Positions 57,501-64,000 of a stretch of DNA of 64,000 bases are shown here, one piece after another. The DNA comes from the human T2T-CHM13v2.0 reference genome, Homo sapiens. Both the position numbers and the translations under genes were made by a program. The notes beneath the pieces were generated by a model, which did no database searches, had not been told where the DNA came from, and saw nothing but the letters and a program-made list of their open reading frames with translations. The stretch's first letter is position 1. Each line of letters begins with the position of its first letter. Location of the stretch: NCBI RefSeq assembly GCF_009914755.1, contig NC_060928.1; one strand, written 5' to 3'.

Positions 57501-59324
57501 AAGCTCATTTAGAAATTTGAAAATCTTTCATTTAATATACATACTTACCAATTGTTCAGAATCTCCCCATCAACACCCCAAATCTGGATTCCATTTCCTT
57601 TACTGTTCTACAAATCCTACATCTTGCTTATCAAATTGATTCACTGAGTGGCATCTCTCAAGCATTTCTGTCTATTTCAAGGGTGACTTGAGTTTATTGC
57701 AGTCATTGTCAGGACTTCTCACTCATACGAGTGTCAATATTCAGCAACTATTGAACAACTAATAAGAGCCATGTGAAGTGATATAAAGATTTAAAAAAAA
57801 GTATAGTCACACATCCCTCCAAATGGTTCAGTCTTCTGTTTGAAGGCATACAAGTAGCCAGGTAATTTCCATGCAGTCAGTGATACCACTGATGTTCAAG
57901 TTGTGACCAGGTGCTCCAGGAATGTAAAAAATAAAAAGGTGGGATAAGGCACGCAATCCACATTAGATGTGGTAGAAAGGGTGAGTTCTGAATGATATAT
58001 TAAGGAACATATACTTTACATCACTAGAATAGATTTGCTATTGTCTATAATCCTAATGCCTATGTTAAATATACTTATATGTGGCTCCTGCAAATTCGAA
58101 AAGCAAGGTGCCTGTGTGCTTCCTAATCTGGAGACGTTCTCAGACAGCCGCCTTAGCGAACAAGGTGATTGGTCTTCTTTGTGATTTTGCAGTTAGCTTT
58201 TGATAACCTTCCAGTTTATTTCATTAATGTAAACACTTCCGAGACTAGTACATCTTCTTAAATAAATACTTGTCACTCATCGACATATGAAAACTTATAT
58301 TCACTAACTTGCATCGCTTTTTATTTCTGTCTTGATCACTTAGAGATTCCTTATCATGTACACCACATGCTTCTGTTGGAATGAGTTGGTCTGGTATGGG
58401 AAATGAGTTTCTAACAGATGAGGTTTTGAACAATTTTGCTGCCACTTCATTTTCTCAAATTTATTTACATGATATATGTTTTTTGTTTTCTTTAGATAAA
58501 TATCTTATTTGTTTAACCATCATTTTTGACATTGTGCTGTGTTCTAGACCAGGGTAAAAAGTCAAAGAAAGCATAGTTTCCATGTGTGCCTTTAACTGTG
58601 GTATTGAATTTGATCTTTTAGTTCACTGAATAAATAATGAAGTAACCAAAAGAGAGAATACAGAAAGAGAAGTCATTGAATATTAAAGTTATTCTTATAT
58701 ATATAAAGATTATGAATTATCATTTTTGTGAGCTATTTAAATAGAGCTATTCAGAGTAATGCTAGACAGAGATAATTTATAGAGCTGTAAGGGAGAAGAA
58801 AACAAGACTTAGGAAAAAACATGATGTTGGTAAAGAAAAAGGAGTAAAATGGAGGCAAAAAAAGGAATAGTAATAGAAATGGAGGCTGAGTAAGGACAGG
58901 GCTCATAATAAAGTTCAACCCTACTGAACAAAGGTCAAGTGAACAATGATTTCAAGAATGTGAACTGTTACTACTAATAATAACACAGAAAAAGAAAATG
59001 TAACAAGAATTTTAAATGAGCCATGGGCATTGACAACTAGTCCTTGTTGACCTTAGCAGGAAGAATTTCAATAGAGTATTTGCATCAAATTGTTAGAATG
59101 AGTGAAATGTCAAAACATTAAGCCTAAGCTACATTTGTCAAAGATGTATATACTCCATGAATATGTAAAATTACATAAAGAACCACACCAAGATGTAATT
59201 ACTTGATTTATAAGAACATTAATCAACATAAAAAATCATAAAGTTTCCTTTAAACAAGCAGATGTGAAATCATGGTAAAAAGAGAGGTCCAGTGTTTTTT
59301 AGTTATTTCATTGAAAACAATGCC

Positions 59325-59818
59325 ATTCCTGCTTTTTAAAGCTCCTCCCTTTTCCCCATGGAGGTACAGAGCCTGAAAACTCAATTTTCCCAACTCACCT
59401 ACCAGGAGAATTTTCATCAGATTCCACCAATGAATGGCCAAATGTAGACCAGGATGATGGAAAAGACAGAAGCCATTATTCTTCCATGGCAGCTTTGGGA
59501 AGTCCTGTGGAAAACAGCAGACATCAGACATTATGATTTATCTGCAGCTTTTGCATGGTGTCCTGAGAATAACTAACATTGGTATTGTTGGCAGCGGATG
59601 TCATCAGTGGTGGCTTATAATAGTTCTGAACTTTCTCCCAGAAAATACCCAAGTGGGTGCTAGAGAACTTTGAGTCCATTCCTGCAATTCCAGATTCTCT
59701 GTCCTGTATTACTCTAGCTTCCAACTGTTTAAGCTTCAATTTTCCTATTTTAAGCTACTTCCTTCTCAAAACACCTGAAGAAGCTTTTGTTTTCCTGAAT
59801 AAACACCAAGTGATAAAA
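59325..59818 (+). mobile_element. LTR33-like (ERVL)
   Basis: gagcctgaaaactcaattttccca...agattccaccaatga...gaagccattattcttc...cttttgttttcctga. Confidence 0.6.
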
Positions 59819-61189
59819 TATGTATAAAATGATATTGCTATTTTTAGTGAATAAAAATGCTCCAAATTTCAAGAATACATTTATTACTTAGGTAAGGCAA
59901 AAGAGTGTTTACTTGTAGTAATCAAATTACTAGAAAATTGTTAGATTTTTTTCTTCCACAATGACTGTGTCCTTCAATGAATTTTCCCCCATAGAAATAA
60001 AGAAAATACAGGTGAACTGAAAGCGTTTTCAATTTTGCTTTCATGAGAAACTCCCTTTTTAATTTCCAAATTTGTATTTTCACAGTCTGGATTTTCTTGC
60101 AATTGCCCAGATACACTTAACAGCAGCTTGCTCTTTTCATTATAATTAATGTCTTCCATGAGTTGAGACTAGAAAAAAAAAACCTGTAAAATCTTATTGA
60201 TGAACATATCTAAAAATCGGTTCATTAAAATTCAATGAGTCTTTGTTGACTAATGCCTAATAAAGTAGACATTAATTTAGAAAAACCAAAGAATCTGTAA
60301 TTTTTTACTTTTTTGAACTCCAAAGATAAGTTATTTAATAGTTATTACATACTTTCCTTTTAAAAGAATATTTAAAATAATGTGGCAATTAATTGATTAT
60401 ATTTGGAATTCAATTACTACTACTAAAGGTATGGATACCTAGTGTGAAATAATCGTTAGTGAATTGAAATATGTTACACTTTCACTTTCCTAAAGTCCTT
60501 CATCATTGGCCATTATCCTCAACTCTCAAAAAACCATTTCTGGCAGTGAATACTTTATTATATCACTATTTAATTACTTTGGATATGATTTCCTGGAGAA
60601 TTATTATTGATTTTGTTTTCTGGCATAATTGTTTCTTAATAATATATATTATGATGGCTGGTAGCTGACTTTATAAAATCTTTGGGTATTTACTACAATT
60701 GAAACCTATTGGAATATTAAATATTCTAATGGATGAAATTTTATTTTCTTTAGTAACAGATGAGAATGATGATGTAGTCTGTTAGATTCTAAAAGCAGAG
60801 GACTATATTGTGTTCCCTTTTGTATATTTAATGAAAAAATAGTGAATTCTAAGAAGTTCCTTATTAAATGTTGTCATACGAATGGATAACTGATTTTCAA
60901 ACATTTTAGCCAATTACAGAAATGGTAAAAATATTTATCTTCTCTTTTAATTATATTTTCTAGATTAAATAATTTGGCCTATGTTATACAAATTAATAGA
61001 TTATCTACTGCTACCTCCTGATTTGCTATTACTAATGCTGAGCAATATCCACAGCCTCCTTAAGAATACATATTAGAATTGAAGAAAATCCTAAAAGTCT
61101 CCCCAATAAATATGGGTAAAAAGCATTAACCCTCATATTAAATAGGGAAACTTAGCTTGTTCTCTCTTCCAGAAATACAACTGAGAGAA

Positions 61190-63370
61190 GAAATGTAAAG
61201 TGGGAAAAGCAGAGTCTTCTATTTAGAATGTAAGCTGTAAGGTCTCCATGTATGTCTGTGTGTTTATCTATATATGTATGTATGTATTTTATGCATATGT
61301 GATATTTATCTAACTGTAGATGGCATTAAAAAACTAACTTATAAAAAACTTTAAAAAGTTCTATTCAAATTGGTTTAGAGATAAATAAGTGCTTATATAA
61401 ATTAAATATTTCAAACACTCCCAGAAACATAGAAAGTAACCCATATACTTTTTTAGTTCATGTATTTTGAGTAAATGTTTAAAGACTAATTTAATATTGT
61501 TGGTTTAATAAAAACAGCCATGTTTTCCAAGATATTGGCATTAGTACAGTATGAGCATACATCGTCGTTCTACTTGGTTTTACAAGCCAAAATTATAAAT
61601 TCATCCTAAGAAAAAATATACAAGTAAAGGTGCAGTAAAAATGAATTTCTTTTTTTTTTTTTTTTTTTTTATTATACTCTAAGTTTTAGGGTACATGTGC
61701 ACATTGTGCAGGTTAGTTACATATGTATACATGTGCCATGCTGGTGCGCTGCACCCACCAATGTGTCATCTAGCATTAGGTATATCTCCCAATGCTATCC
61801 CTCCCCCCTCCCCCGACCCCACCACAGTCCCCAGAGTGTGATATTCCCCTTCCTGTGTCCATGTGATCTCATTGTTCAATTCCCACCTATGAGTGAGAAT
61901 ATGCGGTGTTTGGTTTTTTGTTCTTGCGATAGTTTACTGAGAATGATGGTTTCCAATTTCATCCATGTAAAAATGAATTTCTTGAAGTCCATTACTTTAT
62001 GCATGTTAAACATATAGTAAAACAATTGGAAAAACCTATGCATTTAACTTTTTGTAGTTTGTGTGTGTTTTATACTTGTCTCACATGCATGCATGTGCTA
62101 TAAAAACAGTCAACAGGTAAGAAACTGGAGATGGTGGCTAGCTTTGATTAACATTATACATCTGTCTAAAAAAAGTTCCAGGTAATCTCTGAGTAAGATA
62201 AACTATGGAAACCTTAATTACCAAACGTAAGATTCAGTTTATATTCTTTTGACTTCTTATTTTTATACGGTATAAGGGTATTAAAGATATTTAGTTCTGG
62301 TAATAAACGTGTACTTTTTGACATATCGAAAAATTATACTGTGAGAAAATTCATACCAATAAAATTGTCATATAGTATAATTGTAAAGTTTGCTAGTTAT
62401 CTACAGAATTCTGGTAAGCAACAGACAACTTACAAATGTCTACTGCCTAACTTTCTCTGTTAAGGAAAGATTACCAATGGTTAAAATTATAATCAACATA
62501 TGAAAATAAAACTACTAAATATATAAGGGCAACAACTTAGTATAAAAAGTATGAAAGGAATATAAAGGTAGTTTTGATAAGAAAAAGTATATAAGGTATT
62601 AAAAATGTGTTTAGGACAATAATTCGTCCTAAACTAAAACAATCGGTTGTTCCAGAATGAGAAGAAAGAAAAATACAGGACAAAAACTGAATATATATGG
62701 AAAGTTAGAGAAGGTTTGTGAAAAAAAATTATTTGGCCAAATTGGCAAAGATTGAACTCATTTATTTACAACATTTAAAAAAAATTATGTTTATTATCAA
62801 AAGTAGATTGATGCAAAACAAAAATTTGTCTTTTTTCTGTTAAAATTATAGCTTTATTGGATTACTGTTCCGATTACAGTATTATCTTAATAAAATGAGA
62901 GACTGAAAGGTTTTATTTACCATTTAATTAATCTGCATAGGAAACCAAGATTTCTGTTCTATCAGATGAATTTCCTGTGCTTTATGTTAACCTTCATCAT
63001 GTTCTTAATTAAGAGCATGCAGACTGCAGTTTTCAAAAACTAATTTTTTAACATATTTTTTACAATTTTGTCCTTCCAAAATCAAATCCTAAATAAAAGA
63101 TTGTTGTTCTTGAACTGACATTGAGATTCCCAAGAGGACGCTGAATAACCTCAAACAATTTATTCTTTTGTTGTGTAAAAGAGAGATGTTACAAATAATT
63201 TGGTTTATTTGATATGTTAAATTGCATGAAAAGTGTTGTCAAATAAAAAAGATATTCAGCCTACTCTACATGATATTTGTCTGGGCAAATATTATTAATA
63301 CAGTTATTTCAGAAATTGTACAAAGTTCATAGAAATTTGTTAATGCTATACCTAGCCATGACACATCATA
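61190..63370 (+). mobile_element. MER4-group ERV1 internal sequence (non-coding, decayed)
   Basis: A-rich internal motifs typical of MER4-group internal regions (ttctattcaaattggtttagagataaataagtgc; ttggtttaataaaaacagc; ttggtttatttgatatgttaaattgcatg). Exact family uncertain. Confidence 0.6.
61652..61966 (-). mobile_element. L1HS-Ta, 5'-truncated (~315 bp), with 17-bp TSD
   Basis: The minus strand reads gctagatgacACAtt and cttaGagtataat (Ta diagnostics). Pure poly(T) at 61650-61670. TSD gtaaaaatgaatttctt at 61635-61651 and 61967-61983. Confidence 0.95.
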
Positions 63371-64000
63371 GTGACAGCGTGCTGGCAGTCCTCACAGCCC
63401 TCACTTGCTCTTGGCGCCTCCTCTGCCTGGGCTCCCACTTTGGCGGCACTTGAGGAGCCCTTCAGCCCACCGCTGCACTGTGGGAGCCCCTTTATGGGCT
63501 GGCCAAGGCCAGAGCCGGAGCCGGCTCCCTCAGCTTGCAGGGAGGTGTGGAGCGAGAGGCGCGAGCGGGAACCGCGGCTGCGCGCGGCGCTTGCGGGCCA
63601 GCTGGAGTTCCGGGTGGGCGTGGGCTTGGCGGGCCCCGCACTCGGAGCAGCAGGCCGGCCCTGCCAGCCCCAGGAAATGAGGGGCTTAGCACCCGGGCCG
63701 GCAGCTGCGGAGGGTGTACTGGGTCCGCCAGCAGTGCTGGCCCACCGGCGCTGCGGTCGATTTCTCGCCAGGCCTCAGCTGCCTTCTCGCGGGGCAGGGC
63801 TCCGGACCTGCAGCCCGCCATGCCTGAGCCTCCCCGCTCCGCCTCTGCGGGCTCCTGTGCGGCCCCAGCCTCCGCGACGAGCGCCGCCCCCTGCTCCACG
63901 GCGGCGCCCAGTCCCATGGACCACCCAAGGGCTGAGGAGTGCAGGCGCATGGCTCGGGACTGGCAGCCAACTCCACCTGCAACCCCGGTGCGGGATCCAC
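63371..64000 (+). mobile_element. LTR12C (HERV9 LTR), 5' part, runs off the window
   Basis: gtgacagcgtgctggcagtcctcacagccctc...cactttggcggcacttgaggagcccttcagccc is the LTR12C U3 start. GC- and CpG-rich. Confidence 0.93.

Noticed and set aside
63405-64000. GC-rich ORFs of 91-152 aa
   Set aside because: Chance frames within LTR12C.

Overview
Human genomic DNA: AT-rich, CpG-poor and repeat-dense, consistent with a gene desert or a very large intron. The species call rests on an L1HS-Ta insertion with both diagnostic 3' UTR characters (61652-61966). I find no credible protein-coding gene; the listed ORFs are decayed L1 fragments, antisense Alu/LTR frames, microsatellite frames or chance ORFs. 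Roughly half of the window is recognisable transposon sequence: L1MC/MD/ME/MB/MA, L1PB, L1PA7, L1PA2-like and L1HS LINEs; Alus; MIR and L2; solo LTRs (MLT1A, LTR8A, LTR47, MLT1D, LTR33, LTR12C); an ERV1 internal segment; and DNA transposons (MER45A, MER8, MER47C, Charlie1). Subfamily names come from remembered consensus sequences, not from a search. I see no evidence of a new multi-gene system. The best leads are small: a young, possibly polymorphic L1HS-Ta; an 80-nt hairpin with pri-miRNA-like geometry in unique sequence (42736-42815); a locally copied MIR fragment inside a microsatellite; an ORF1-derived patch filling a deletion in L1PB ORF2; a 5'-inverted L1PA7 with a large gap; a CpG-rich LTR12C; and several candidate non-coding exons.
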